Source: Candidatus Heimdallarchaeota archaeon
GTDB lineage: Archaea > Asgardarchaeota > Heimdallarchaeia > Heimdallarchaeales > Heimdallarchaeaceae
NCBI GenBank assembly: GCA_021399345.1
Contig: JAAFKI010000094.1
Coordinates: 57,561 to 121,560 of the forward strand
Length of the DNA stretch: 64,000 nt
Reading direction: 5' to 3'
Under the pieces are notes generated by a model. That model was not told the DNA's origin, ran no database searches, and saw only the letters and a list, made by a program, of their open reading frames with translations. A program made the position numbers and the translations under genes. Shown here piece after piece: positions 50,144-60,131 of the stretch. The stretch's first letter is position 1; each line of letters starts with the position of its first letter.

Positions 50144-50797
50144 ATGAAATTGACTGATTTTCATACTCATACTCTACTTTCTGATGGAGTTTTGATGCCA
50201 GCAGAACATCTTAGAAGGTTAATTGTGAGAGGTCTTGATGCAGTCGCTATTACAGACCATGTAGATTCTTCCAATATTGATCATGTTTTGAATAGCCTAG
50301 ATAATATTAGATATGATTTTGAAGAGTATATCACTTTCCTTCCAGGTGTAGAAATTACTCATGTTCTCACTTCTCAAATATCAGAATTAGCAAAAAAAGC
50401 AAAACAGAGAAATTTCTTAGTAATAGTCCATGGTGAAACTATTGTAGAACCAGTTATTGAGGGAACTAACAGAGCAGCGTTAAAATGCTCTGATGTGGAT
50501 ATTTTAGCTCATCCTGGAATATTAACATTCAAAGATGCTCAGCTAGCAAAAGATAATGAAGTATTTTTGGAGATAACTACAAGAGGGGGACACTCACTTG
50601 GAAATGGATTAGTTGCTGATTTAGCTATGAAAGCTGGTGCAAAACTCATTTTGAACACAGACGCTCATCAACCTAGAGATTACATAAGTGAAAGTTTGCG
50701 GGAGAAAACAGCTCTTGGGGCAGGGATTCCCAGAAGCATGTTTGAGGAAGTGTTTGTGAAAAATTCAGAAGAAATAATTAAGAGAATAATCAAATAG
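50144..50797 (+). CDS. PHP-domain phosphatase (histidinol-phosphatase-like)
   Basis: DFHTHT..SDG, ITDH, HGET, LAHPG and NTDAH. Confidence 0.88.
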   Translation: MKLTDFHTHTLLSDGVLMPAEHLRRLIVRGLDAVAITDHVDSSNIDHVLNSLDNIRYDFEEYITFLPGVEITHVLTSQISELAKKAKQRNFLVIVHGETIVEPVIEGTNRAALKCSDVDILAHPGILTFKDAQLAKDNEVFLEITTRGGHSLGNGLVADLAMKAGAKLILNTDAHQPRDYISESLREKTALGAGIPRSMFEEVFVKNSEEIIKRIIK

Positions 50798-50805
50798 TGC
50801 TTGCT

Positions 50806-51240
50806 TCACTTTGTTTTCTTAAATTGTAAAAAGTAAGAATTGATCCTTTCTAGAATATCTTTGCTTTCTTCTGCACTTAAAAAAGTAACAATTCTTTTTA
50901 TAGCCTTTGCTGTCTCATCGGAAATTACATGTTCAACTAAACATGCATCATTCCCTGCAATTGTACTTTCAATATTTATAATTTTGAAAAGATCTTCAAT
51001 ATTTTTATGTGTTTCCACAAGTTTTTTAGCTTGTTTAAATCCCTCTTTAGTTAGAGTAACTCCCCTATACTTCTCATAATTCACCAATTTCTCTTTATCT
51101 AGTTTTTTAACCATCTCAGTGACTGATGAAAGACTACTTAAACCCAATGCTTTCTTTATATCGCTAACCTTAGCAACTTTCTTTTCCAAGCATATGGCAT
51201 AAATTATTTCTAGATATTCTTCTACTCTTAGTGTAGACAT
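50806..51240 (-). CDS. DtxR/MntR-family metal-dependent regulator
   Basis: EEYLEIIY, SVTEMVKKL, YEKYRGVTLT and ACLVEH. Confidence 0.92.
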   Translation of the reverse strand: MSTLRVEEYLEIIYAICLEKKVAKVSDIKKALGLSSLSSVTEMVKKLDKEKLVNYEKYRGVTLTKEGFKQAKKLVETHKNIEDLFKIINIESTIAGNDACLVEHVISDETAKAIKRIVTFLSAEESKDILERINSYFLQFKKTK

Positions 51241-51727
51241 TTTGTTTCACCAAATTACATACTAATATGTAATACCACCTTATAAAGCTTCCAACTCCAA
51301 TCTTTGTTTGTAGTTCTCCTGTTATTTCTAGTCTATTTTAATGTCTTCCCAAAGACTAAGCGACAAAGACTTACCACGTGTATAAAAAACAGGTGGGTGG
51401 TCACTGGATATTTGCGGATTTTGCAGATTTTGGTTATCCCCCAGGTGACGAATTGCTTATACCTAGTAGGAATAGAATATTGAAATGGGTAAGAGTATCA
51501 AAGTAATACAAAAGATAAATGTGATTCCAGAATTTAAATTTCAGTAATCAGAAACATTTTAATTATTAACATCGAAAATCTAAAAAAATTTATTGTTTTA
51601 ATTACTTTTAAATCTTACATTTTACAAAGCTGTTATTATTAATTTTATTAATTTTATGTAGTTAATTTCAAAATGATTTTGAGTTATAATTCACTCTCTA
51701 ACGAAATCTTTTTATGTGTTACAAAAA

Positions 51728-51762
51728 TTTCGGTATACCGAAACTATTTCGATTCTCCGAAG
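51728..51762. promoter_or_regulatory. Putative DtxR operator pair upstream of feoA
   Basis: Perfect palindrome TTTCGGTATACCGAAA at 51728-51743 and degenerate copy TTTCGATTCTCCGAAG at 51747-51762, between a TATA-like TTTTTATG and the ATG at 51770. Confidence 0.8.
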
Positions 51763-51769
51763 TGATAAA

Positions 51770-52006
51770 ATGTCTAACAAAGTAACAAAATTAGATCAAT
51801 TAGAAATTGGTGATATTGCTAAAGTAATAACAATAGATGTTTCTGGTGAATTAAGACGTAGACTCATGGAAATGGGATTGACTAGGGGTACATTAATTGA
51901 AGTAATAGGTAAAGCCCCTCTTGGTGACCCTATAGAGTACAAGTTTAAGGGGTATAATTTGTCCCTTCGGAAGGAAGAAGCCAATAAAGTGGTTGTTGAG
52001 CATTAG
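51770..52006 (+). CDS. feoA: FeoA
   Basis: RRLMEMGL and APLGDPIE..LSLRKEEA; ATG at 51770 preferred over the upstream track start. Confidence 0.92.
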   Translation: MSNKVTKLDQLEIGDIAKVITIDVSGELRRRLMEMGLTRGTLIEVIGKAPLGDPIEYKFKGYNLSLRKEEANKVVVEH

Positions 52007-52025
52007 TTAATGTAGGAATAAACAT

Positions 52026-52265
52026 ATGAATGAAATATCTATTATTCCGCTTGGTCTTGTACCTGAAGGCAAGAAAGTAAGAATAGTTTCTTTAAGAGGT
52101 GGTCATCATTTACAAAATCGTATTAGCGAGATGGGACTTCGTGAGGGAATAGTAGTATCAATTATTAAAAATTCCTTAGGTCCTGTTATTATTGCATTAG
52201 AAAATTCTCGTTTTGCTTTAGGAAGGGGAATGTCAATGAAAATACTTACTGAACCAATAAACTAA
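52026..52265 (+). CDS. feoA: FeoA (second)
   Basis: RISEMGL, GPVII and RFALGRGMS. Confidence 0.88.
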   Translation: MNEISIIPLGLVPEGKKVRIVSLRGGHHLQNRISEMGLREGIVVSIIKNSLGPVIIALENSRFALGRGMSMKILTEPIN

Positions 52266-52275
52266 AGGTGAAAAA

Positions 52276-54318
52276 ATGAGCGTTAAAACAAAAAAAGTTA
52301 AAGAAATGACTCTTGACGATAAACGTGTAATTGAAGTTGCTTTAGCTGGAAACCCAAATACTGGTAAAAGTACTCTTTTTAATGCTTTAACTGGTTTAAG
52401 ACAGAAAATTGGAAACTGGCCTGGTGTTACTGTTGAGAAGAAGGAAGGTAAAAAAAGATGTGATGGTTTTAATCTTATAATTACAGATCTTCCAGGTACA
52501 TACTCACTTTCTGCTTATTCTTTAGATGAAAAAATTGCAAGAAGCTTCATTATTGAAGGAAAACTGGATGTTGTTGTACAGATAATTGATGCTTCGAATT
52601 TAGAGAGGAATCTATATTTAACAACAATGCTAAGAGAATTGGGCGCTAATGTGGTTATTGCTTTAAATATGATGGATTTATTAGAAGAAAGTAGTTCCTC
52701 CATCGATGTCAACAAGCTCTCAAAAGAAATGGGTGTGCCTGTTGTTCCTATGATCGCTTCCTCAAGAATTGGAATTGATGATTTAGAAAACACAATTGAA
52801 TCTATTTATCAAAAAGAACAAAAGCCTATTAGAATTACATATTCCAAGGAAATAGAAGAGGTACTTGCTAATGTACAAGAAATTCTAATGTCAATACCAT
52901 CCATTCCCTCTGATTTTGATTCGAGATGGTTAGCTATACAGATTATCCAAAACGATCCTGAGATTCTTACATTTTTGAAAAATTGGAATGTTAATAAAAC
53001 AATTATTGAGAAATTACTTTCCTTTGGTAGAGAAGATTATGAGGCTGAAATTATTGATACAAAATATGAATTCATTACCAATGTTACCTCAAAAGCCTTG
53101 AAGAGGGGTGAAGAAAAATTAACTCGCTCTGATTTAGTTGACAAAGTTGTCACCCACAAATGGCTTGGAATACCAATCTTTCTCATAGTTATGTGGGGAG
53201 CATTTCAATTTGTTTTTGCTATTTCTGTACCATTTATGGAACTTATTGATATGCTTTTTGGCTGGCTAGCAGGACTTCTAGTAGATAATATCAATATAGG
53301 ATGGTTAGGTTCTTTATTGGGCGATGGTATAGTTGGAGGTTTAGGAGCGGTACTGATTTTTGTACCACCAATTTTCGCAATGTTCTTCATATTATCGGTT
53401 CTTGAAGATTCAGGCTATCTAGCTCGCGCAGCATTTGTTATGGATAAAATCATGGTTAAGTTTGGTTTACATGGTCATTCATTCATTCCAATGCTTTTAG
53501 GTTTTGGATGCAATGTACCGGCTATCATGAGTACTAGATCCTTAAAGAATAACAAAGATAGGATGATTACAATACTGATAAATCCCTTCATGTCTTGCGG
53601 AGCAAGAATGCCTGTTTTTATCTTGTTTGCTGGATTATTCTTCGGGGCAGCAGCAGGAACAGTTATTTTCGCACTATATATTCTTGGAATTGTAGTTGCA
53701 ATTTTTACTGCTATTCTTTTAAGAAAGACATTTTTCAAAGGTAAATCTGCTCCATTCATTATGGAATTACCTCCATATCACACACCAAAACTAAGATCTG
53801 CTACAGTTGCGATGTGGGATAAAGGAAAGATGTACCTAAAGAAAGCAGGAACGATAATTTTGATAGGTGTTATGTTTGTATGGTTTTTGGCTGCTATGCC
53901 TTTTGGTGGTGTAGAATATGGTGGACCTGATACTTGGCTTGCAGCTGTTGGTACATTCTTTGAACCAATTTTCAGACCTCTTGGATTTGACTGGAGGATT
54001 GTTGTTGCTCTGATTGTTGGCTTTGTAGCTAAGGAACTAGTAGTAGGTGCACTAGGAACTATTGTTGGTGGTGGTGGAAGTGAAGAAGGAATTAAAGATG
54101 CCATTTTGGCTGATGAAGGTTTCTACCCCTTGAATTCCTTGAGTTTAATGGTCTTTACACTACTTTATGTGCCTTGTGCTGCTGTTATAGGTGTAATGAG
54201 AAAAGAGACTGGTAGTTGGCGATGGACGATCTTCGCAGTTGTATATAGTACTGTGATTGCTTGGTTGTTCGCTTTAGTAGTTTTTCAATTAGGGTCTCTT
54301 ATGAATCTTGGATTATAG
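52276..54318 (+). CDS. feoB: Ferrous iron transporter B
   Basis: GNPNTGKS, GNWPGVT, DLPG, NMMD, GFGCNVP and MELPPY. Confidence 0.97.
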   Translation: MSVKTKKVKEMTLDDKRVIEVALAGNPNTGKSTLFNALTGLRQKIGNWPGVTVEKKEGKKRCDGFNLIITDLPGTYSLSAYSLDEKIARSFIIEGKLDVVVQIIDASNLERNLYLTTMLRELGANVVIALNMMDLLEESSSSIDVNKLSKEMGVPVVPMIASSRIGIDDLENTIESIYQKEQKPIRITYSKEIEEVLANVQEILMSIPSIPSDFDSRWLAIQIIQNDPEILTFLKNWNVNKTIIEKLLSFGREDYEAEIIDTKYEFITNVTSKALKRGEEKLTRSDLVDKVVTHKWLGIPIFLIVMWGAFQFVFAISVPFMELIDMLFGWLAGLLVDNINIGWLGSLLGDGIVGGLGAVLIFVPPIFAMFFILSVLEDSGYLARAAFVMDKIMVKFGLHGHSFIPMLLGFGCNVPAIMSTRSLKNNKDRMITILINPFMSCGARMPVFILFAGLFFGAAAGTVIFALYILGIVVAIFTAILLRKTFFKGKSAPFIMELPPYHTPKLRSATVAMWDKGKMYLKKAGTIILIGVMFVWFLAAMPFGGVEYGGPDTWLAAVGTFFEPIFRPLGFDWRIVVALIVGFVAKELVVGALGTIVGGGGSEEGIKDAILADEGFYPLNSLSLMVFTLLYVPCAAVIGVMRKETGSWRWTIFAVVYSTVIAWLFALVVFQLGSLMNLGL

Positions 54319-54819
54319 GTGATAAAAATGGAAATGTTAAAAAATACTTCAAACAATATGAAAACTTCATTACTTGCAGGTAGTCTTATTTTTTTGGTTG
54401 TAGCTATAACTGAAGTTATATTAGGTGCTTTTAAGATATATGCTGATTCAAAAGAACTAGAAGAACATTGGGTTAATGCAATACCCTTTCCCCCTGGGAT
54501 TTTTACTGGATTAGCTATTCTTATTGTTAGTCTGGTCTGGTTAGTTGGTTATTTTGTGATTAAAAAAGATCAAAATGCCAACGGCTACCTTTCTGTTGGT
54601 ACTATACTTGCATTAGGATTCATACTCCTATTCATTTTGATTCTAATAACTGATATTTTCAACGCTTATGCATTGGGATTAGAGGATTATGAAAATTGGA
54701 CTGTTTTAGCTAGTTTGCGATGGATTATCTTTCTATCACCAATTCCTATGTTCTTTACTATAAAATATAGAGATCTTATATTCACTAGAAAGAAAAAGAC
54801 ATCAGCTCTACAAAGTTAA
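54319..54819 (+). CDS. Hypothetical 4-TM membrane protein in the feo operon
   Basis: Four hydrophobic segments; abuts feoB. Confidence 0.7.
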   Translation: MIKMEMLKNTSNNMKTSLLAGSLIFLVVAITEVILGAFKIYADSKELEEHWVNAIPFPPGIFTGLAILIVSLVWLVGYFVIKKDQNANGYLSVGTILALGFILLFILILITDIFNAYALGLEDYENWTVLASLRWIIFLSPIPMFFTIKYRDLIFTRKKKTSALQS

Positions 54820-54849
54820 ACATAACGATGAAAGAATGGTGAGTTATTA

Positions 54850-55167
54850 TTGCTATTAGAATTGTTAAGTGCAATTAGTGAAGGGATTACAACAGTTCAA
54901 AAATTTGCAGCAAAGTTAAACATGGATATCGATTTGTTACATTCTAAAATTAACCATTTTATAACTGTTGGATACCTTAAAAAACAACATATTGATAAGC
55001 AAAAATCATTTCTAGATAATCGTTCATCAAGTAAAGGCTTATCATCACTTTCTTGTAACTTGTGCTCATTCTCCAACAATTGCTCTTTTATTGAGAATGA
55101 TAATCAAATCTTTATCCTAACTTCAAAGGGAAGAAGAGCTATAGAACGTTTAGTTTCGATGCAGTAA
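54850..55167 (+). CDS. FeoC-like winged-helix protein with Cys cluster
   Basis: HTH start, CNLC-x5-C in the wing and LTSKGR; position after feoB. Confidence 0.65.
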   Translation: MLLELLSAISEGITTVQKFAAKLNMDIDLLHSKINHFITVGYLKKQHIDKQKSFLDNRSSSKGLSSLSCNLCSFSNNCSFIENDNQIFILTSKGRRAIERLVSMQ

Positions 55168-55274
55168 AGGTAATTTATTTGAGTAGAAAAAGAAATTTAT
55201 CTGACAATAAACATCAATTATTTAAAAAAACAGCTAAAAAACTAATAAGTAATAAAGAATAAGTATGAGAAAAG

Positions 55275-56243
55275 ATGGGATTTTTTTTCTATGGAGGAAA
55301 CAAAGAGGTGAATGTTGCATTATTATCTTTTTCCCCAACTGGGAACACATACAAAGTATCTAAAATGATAGAACAGAAGTTAGTAGAAAAAAAAATAAAA
55401 GTTCAGTTTATAGATATAACAGGCAATTTAGAGTTATTTACTACTCGTAATTTTAAGAAATTTTTAGAACAAAACATAGAAGAACATGATTTACTTTGCA
55501 TAGGTGGTCCAGTATATGCCGATCGCATGCACTATAATATATTAGATGTTATTAAGAATCTACCAAAATCCCGTAACGGATGGAGCAAAATTGCATCTGT
55601 TTTTGTAACTTATGGAGGTGTGTCTTCAGGTATTGCACTTCAAGACGCTGCAAGATGTCTGAGAAAAAAGAAACGTGTTTTGGTCGCAGGTATGAAAATA
55701 GATTCAGCTCATTCTTTTAATAGATTATTAAGTATAAAAATTAATGAGGGAAAACCAAATAACGAAGTATTACCAATAATAAATGATTTTTGTGAAAGAA
55801 TAGCACATCTAAGAAAGACTTACTACAGTGAAATAAGAGATGTATCTAAATCATTTTCATATATTCCACTTAAGAGAAGAATTTTCGTTAAAATAATTTA
55901 TAATGAGCGTTTTATACATAAATTTGTTTATCCAAAGATTAAATTTGATTCTAGTAAATGTCAAAAATGCAATAGTTGCATTAATCACTGTCCTGTTCAT
56001 TGTATTAAGATGAGTAATAATGGTCTTATGTTAACAAAAAGCAATTCGTCCTGCATTCACTGTGGTTTGTGTGTTGAAATTTGCCCAAAGAGTGCAATAA
56101 CATTTGATATACGAAAAATTGAAGGTTTCTTAAGAAAATGGTCAGCTAAAACAAGCTCTCATCACAGAAATGAGGGTGTTAGATCTGCAGTTTATCCGCT
56201 GAAAGATAAACATATAGGAAAAAAAACAGAGGATAACAAATGA
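55275..56243 (+). CDS. Flavodoxin-ferredoxin fusion (EFR1-like)
   Basis: FSPTGNT, GGPVY, TYGG, CQKCNSCINHCP and CIHCGLCVEICP. Confidence 0.85.
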   Translation: MGFFFYGGNKEVNVALLSFSPTGNTYKVSKMIEQKLVEKKIKVQFIDITGNLELFTTRNFKKFLEQNIEEHDLLCIGGPVYADRMHYNILDVIKNLPKSRNGWSKIASVFVTYGGVSSGIALQDAARCLRKKKRVLVAGMKIDSAHSFNRLLSIKINEGKPNNEVLPIINDFCERIAHLRKTYYSEIRDVSKSFSYIPLKRRIFVKIIYNERFIHKFVYPKIKFDSSKCQKCNSCINHCPVHCIKMSNNGLMLTKSNSSCIHCGLCVEICPKSAITFDIRKIEGFLRKWSAKTSSHHRNEGVRSAVYPLKDKHIGKKTEDNK

Positions 56244-56288
56244 AAACTGGAAAAGCAACCTTTTATTATTCTTATTTATTAGCATCTT

Positions 56289-57536
56289 TCATCTATTTCT
56301 AATAGGAATCATGTCCCATCCTTCACCGTGTCCCGAAATCTCTGCTACTTCTGTTAAAGCTGCATCTAGTTCTGGTGATATGCCTTCAATTCCAGGGTCT
56401 ATGAATCCTCTAATTATTGTTGACAATGCCTCTTCTTCTGTGAAACCTTTTGACATTAAATAAACCAACTCTCCTGGAGCAACTCGTCCAATAGAAGCTT
56501 CATGACTCATTCTAGCATCAGGATTAAGTGCTCGTAAAGCTGGGGTTGCTTCTATCATACCTTCATTGCTCAACATAAGTCCTGCGCAATCAACATGCGC
56601 GCGACAATTTTTCCCTTTCCCTATAAGTAAACCTGTTTGAACGATATTACCTCCCTTGCAAACAGCTCTAGCACATATTTCTGCTCCAGTGTTATCCCCA
56701 GTCATCATAATTGTTCCTCCAATATTACAACAAGTATTAGGTGTTCCCAAAATTATAGACACATACTTTGCTGAAGCATTATCTCCTTTTAGATGCGTGA
56801 ATGGATGCATTTGAATCTTTCTTGGAGGATTGATCGAACAATATGTATTAATGAGCGTTCCCCCCTCTTCAACAATAGAATAAGTTCTGGGTCCAATATC
56901 AAATTGGGGTCCCCAGCTATGAATCATTGTACTAACAAGCTTTGCATTTTTTCCAATATATATCTCGGAAATAGCTAGGTGTAGACCTTTCTTAATACTA
57001 TTTGTACTTGTACATCCTGTAAGAAGTGTCAATTCCGCATCTTCTTCTAGTATTACAATGTTGTGAAGACCTTGTACTCTCGTATTTTCTGTCATAAATA
57101 ATGCAGCTTGGAATGGTTTTTTTATTTTATAGCCCTTTTTTACTCTTATGAAAAACCCTCTTGGAATAGAACTAGAAATGGCTTCAGTAATCTTATTTTC
57201 GTCACTTCTTATTGCTTTGAACCAATATTTTTCTTTCAACCATTCATATTTTTCTAATGCTTCTTCTATTGGGATACACTCAAGTCCCTCAATGAATTGT
57301 GCGGTAACAAAACCACACTGCCCATAACATAAATAGCTTCCTGAACGATTATTTTCGTTCATGACCATTCCTACTTCTGCCAAAGTTTTAATATCTTTTG
57401 CTTTTATTTCATCTAAAGAATGAATCTCAGGTTTATTATCTTCTTTTAATCTAAGAATATCCTCTTCTTCTATATTTATAATGTCAGAATGCTCTTGTTT
57501 TGCTCGAAATTCCTTTTTATGTCTATTATCACTCAT
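56289..57536 (-). CDS. SufB/SufD-family Fe-S scaffold (SmsB-like)
   Basis: Beta-helix, HVDCAGL and SHEASIGR..YLMSKG..IIRGF. Confidence 0.9.
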   Translation of the reverse strand: MSDNRHKKEFRAKQEHSDIINIEEEDILRLKEDNKPEIHSLDEIKAKDIKTLAEVGMVMNENNRSGSYLCYGQCGFVTAQFIEGLECIPIEEALEKYEWLKEKYWFKAIRSDENKITEAISSSIPRGFFIRVKKGYKIKKPFQAALFMTENTRVQGLHNIVILEEDAELTLLTGCTSTNSIKKGLHLAISEIYIGKNAKLVSTMIHSWGPQFDIGPRTYSIVEEGGTLINTYCSINPPRKIQMHPFTHLKGDNASAKYVSIILGTPNTCCNIGGTIMMTGDNTGAEICARAVCKGGNIVQTGLLIGKGKNCRAHVDCAGLMLSNEGMIEATPALRALNPDARMSHEASIGRVAPGELVYLMSKGFTEEEALSTIIRGFIDPGIEGISPELDAALTEVAEISGHGEGWDMIPIRNR

Positions 57537-57537
57537 T

Positions 57538-58299
57538 TTATTGAAACTCCCTTTTCCTTCTATTACAGTTTATACAATATTCATAACCATGTTGTTGTAT
57601 TTGCTCCAGCATCTCTTGTGGATTCCCTGTACATCCAATCATACCGTCCATCATTAAATAAGCAAGATTCGTCTTAAAATAATTTAAAATATCTCCTGTA
57701 TGCGTAATGATTAATCCTGATTTTCTAGTAGTGATTTTATCTTGGTTCTTCTTTGATTTTAAAATATCAGTAAGCATCCCCCCAATTTTACTTAAAAATA
57801 CAGGATCGATTCCTGAATCTGGTTCATCAAGTATTAAGAACTTAGGTGAAGCTACAACCATTTGGAAAATTTCTGATTTTTTTATCTCTCCACCTGATAG
57901 ATTAGCATTAATTTCTCTATCAATGAAATCTTGCATTTCAAATTTCTCTACTTGTGTAGAAATATAATCAGCTTTTTCAGGGTTGTTTTTTGAGTAGAAA
58001 TCAATTATAGTTCTTAATTTTACACCTTTAATTGTAGGTGGTCTCTGTTGAGCAACACCTATTCCCAACCTAGCTCTTTCATCAATTTCTAAATCAAGCA
58101 AATTTCTTCCTTCAAATATTATTTCACCATCAGTAACATTATATTGAGGGTAACCGATAATAGTCATAATTAATGTGGTCTTACCACTACCGTTTGGACC
58201 AAAGAGAGCATGAACTTCTCCATTAGGTATTGTAATATTTATATTACTCAGTATCTCCTTTCCTTCAACAGTAACATGAAGATTCTTTATTTCTATCAA
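57538..58299 (-). CDS. sufC: SufC-like ATPase (SmsC-like)
   Basis: GPNGSGKT, LSGGE, DEPDSG, IITH and a C-terminal CX18CX2C. Confidence 0.92.
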   Translation of the reverse strand: MIEIKNLHVTVEGKEILSNINITIPNGEVHALFGPNGSGKTTLIMTIIGYPQYNVTDGEIIFEGRNLLDLEIDERARLGIGVAQQRPPTIKGVKLRTIIDFYSKNNPEKADYISTQVEKFEMQDFIDREINANLSGGEIKKSEIFQMVVASPKFLILDEPDSGIDPVFLSKIGGMLTDILKSKKNQDKITTRKSGLIITHTGDILNYFKTNLAYLMMDGMIGCTGNPQEMLEQIQQHGYEYCINCNRRKREFQ

Positions 58300-58646
58300 T
58301 CTATCACCTTTTATTTTCTACTTCATCTTTTTTTCATTGTTAATACAAACAAAAATGCATATTGTAACAAAACAAAAGCTACTTTGTTGACAAGAATATG
58401 TTATATTTATTAGTCTACCTAAAAATACATAGTAGTAGGTGGAGAAAAATAGAAACTGGAATATTACCAGAATATTCACTCTTTGCTGCTCAGCTATTTA
58501 TACACGCTTATGCCTTATTCGGAAAATAGCAGTTTAATAGTTAAGAACAACTTTAGTAGTAGGAATTCCTAGAAGTGTTTTTGAGTAAGTCTTTGTGAAA
58601 AATCTAGAAGGAATAATTAAACGAATAATTAAGTGAGGAGAACTAG

Positions 58647-59186
58647 TTGTCAGAGAAATTTAAACTTGGGGAGAAATCTATTGTTGCTAGACATAAAGAA
58701 AGAACTAAGAGTTTTCATAGATTCAATAAAATAATGAATGGAGTTGTTATTTTCCTATATCGAATTTACTTTCTTCCTCTATTTGGAATAGGTAAAACAA
58801 TAGTTCTAGTTCATACAAAAGGAAGGATAACAGGGAAAAGAAGAACTACACCAGTTTTAGCTCTTAAGTTCTATACAGAAAAATTAACTTTCTATATTGC
58901 AAGAGGTAAAAAAGCTCATTGGTTAAAAAATATTCTAGCAACAGAAGATCACATATTTAAGATACAAAAGGGTTTCAAAAGAATGAAAGTTAAAGGAATT
59001 CTAGTTAAAGATAGTAATGAAAAATTTAGACATTTGAAATATTACTTTGAAGAACTAGATGAAGCTAAATTCATTTTTGGATATGAAAAAGAGAAACATG
59101 GAGATGTTTTTGAAACCAAAGAATTTAGATCAATCTTAGATATGATTGAATTTTTACAAATAGAACCGATGAAGAAAGGGAAATAG
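58647..59186 (+). CDS. F420-dependent nitroreductase-like (Ddn/DUF385) protein
   Basis: LVHTKGRITGKRRTTPV and WLKNI. Confidence 0.75.
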   Translation: MSEKFKLGEKSIVARHKERTKSFHRFNKIMNGVVIFLYRIYFLPLFGIGKTIVLVHTKGRITGKRRTTPVLALKFYTEKLTFYIARGKKAHWLKNILATEDHIFKIQKGFKRMKVKGILVKDSNEKFRHLKYYFEELDEAKFIFGYEKEKHGDVFETKEFRSILDMIEFLQIEPMKKGK

Positions 59187-59192
59187 CTTTAT

Positions 59193-60011
59193 CTAAACCA
59201 ACTTTCTTGCTTCTTCTAAACACAATTTCATTACTTCGAATCCTGAAGAAATGAGTCTTCTAAGTGATTGTGAGTTAGTAAAATCTTCCATAAAAGTTAT
59301 CCAACCTTCATAATAATAGTCTTTATAGCTTTCAGCAATCAGATAAAATTCTTGTTTCTCTAGCTCTTCTGCTATCTTTGTTCTATTTAGTCCCCAAAGA
59401 TCAAGAGGTTTATCATGATTTTGACTTAGTAATCTTATAGGAGCTGGAGAGATTCTCCAATTCATTCTTCTTACCATTGTCCAAAGATCTAATCCTGTTC
59501 TGTCAATCATTGACAGGGGTAGTGTAGGTAAAAATTCTTCTAAATCTAGTAGGCTTTGTAAGTCAACTTTCTTGATTATTTCATCAGAAGGATTTTCCAT
59601 TAAAACAGGTTTTCCAATGAGTGGAGTTATTTCATTCTCTCTCGGATGAATGAAATCAGGTTCATCTATCATTTTATTCAGTTTAACTATCTGAGTTCTT
59701 GGTATATGGAAGTACTTTGGATTCTTCTCAAGATATCTTGTTTCGTACATTTCTGAAAGATTTACTGATTCATAAAATGAAGATTCATCTACAAAGAAAT
59801 TCGAAAAATCTTTAGCTTTAATGTGAATATCTACATCACTTAAAATAGGTACGTAATCGATAAAACTCTCCCATTTTCTTGTTGCAGAACCCTTACTGTA
59901 GGCATATTCTATAGTTTCTGAGTAATTCTCAGCAAAAAGATTCTTCCAAATATCCAAACAAAGCTCTACTTCTTTTCTAGCTTGTTTCATGTATTCAGAA
60001 TACTCACTCAT
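59193..60011 (-). CDS. Hypothetical protein with Pol-beta-like nucleotidyltransferase motif
   Basis: YSKGS...SDVDIH followed by a helical C-terminal domain. Confidence 0.6.
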   Translation of the reverse strand: MSEYSEYMKQARKEVELCLDIWKNLFAENYSETIEYAYSKGSATRKWESFIDYVPILSDVDIHIKAKDFSNFFVDESSFYESVNLSEMYETRYLEKNPKYFHIPRTQIVKLNKMIDEPDFIHPRENEITPLIGKPVLMENPSDEIIKKVDLQSLLDLEEFLPTLPLSMIDRTGLDLWTMVRRMNWRISPAPIRLLSQNHDKPLDLWGLNRTKIAEELEKQEFYLIAESYKDYYYEGWITFMEDFTNSQSLRRLISSGFEVMKLCLEEARKLV

Positions 60012-60131
60012 CAGTTTCTATTTACTTATCCGCTCTTATATCTTATTCGAAAACTAACCTTTTTAGAGATAAAAACATCTTTTTAAATGTTTAAATATCA
60101 TTTTCACTAGTAATAAATAAGGTAAATTCTT

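Noticed and set aside
51716-51769. N-terminal extension of feoA in the ORF track
   Set aside because: It coincides with the operator palindromes; FeoA similarity starts at ATG 51770
58360-58480. Inverted repeats upstream of sufC (AACAAA-N6-TTTGTT; CTGG-AATATTA-CCAG)
   Set aside because: Short and AT-rich, so compatible with chance; no cognate regulator is identifiable
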